NCBI RefSeq assembly: GCF_006345805.1
Contig: NW_021829775.1
Coordinates: forward strand, 1 to 5,882
Reading direction: 5' to 3'
DNA length: 5,882 bases
Source of the DNA: Octopus sinensis
Taxonomy: Eukaryota
The notes under the pieces were generated by a model. That model did not search any database and was not told where the DNA came from. It was given only the letters and a program-made list of their open reading frames with translations. Position 1 is the stretch's first letter. Each line of letters begins with the position of its first letter. Below, in pieces: positions 5,611-5,882 of this stretch. The translations under genes were made by a program, and so were the position numbers.

Positions 5611-5701
5611 GTATATACACACAGTATATACACACAGTATATACACACAGTATATACACACAGTATATACACACAGTATATACAGACAGTATATACACAC
5701 A
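5611..5701. repeat. 13-bp minisatellite (GTATATACACACA) x7
   Basis: Units start at 5611, 5624, 5637, 5650, 5663, 5676 and 5689; one substitution in unit 6. Confidence 0.97.
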
Positions 5702-5719
5702 GACATTTAGTTAAGTTCG

Positions 5720-5811
5720 CATACATACAAACATACGTACATACACATACAAACATACATACGCACACACACACACATACACTTACATATACCCACACTC
5801 ACACACACACA

Positions 5812-5842
<31 letters not shown>

Positions 5843-5843
5843 C
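5720..5843. repeat. Compound (TACA)n/(CA)n microsatellite
   Basis: Read directly. Confidence 0.95.
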
Positions 5844-5882
5844 GCTCACGCAGATGCACGTACACTCACGCAGATATTTAGT

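Noticed and set aside
5071-5798. Long MYVC/HTYI/YCVYILCVYTVC ORFs
   Set aside because: These are translations of the (TACA)n, 13-bp and (CA)n repeats, with no coding complexity.
5845-5875. CTCACGCAGAT repeated twice, 20 bp apart
   Set aside because: It is a trivial slippage product at the edge of a (CA)n tract.

Overview
This is eukaryotic, repeat-saturated non-coding DNA (intron or intergenic). It is most likely from an octopus or related coleoid cephalopod, inferred from my recognition of the repeat families and not from a search. I find no intact protein-coding gene, functional RNA gene, CRISPR array or other prokaryotic-type system. Nearly every listed ORF is a translation of SINEs or microsatellites. 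The window holds three tRNA-derived SINE families (called A, B and C here), two copies of an internally deleted mariner plus a solo TIR, a 5'-truncated R4/Dong-like non-LTR retrotransposon end sitting in an (AAT)n array, and many micro/minisatellites. The most informative signals are mechanistic: a SINE nested in an antisense SINE with a perfect 17-bp target-site duplication, a dimeric SINE with two different tails, a ~230-bp-arm inverted repeat, a mariner deletion junction shared by both copies, local tandem duplications of SINE parts, and an (AAT)n tract apparently hit repeatedly. I do not see convincing evidence of a new biological system.
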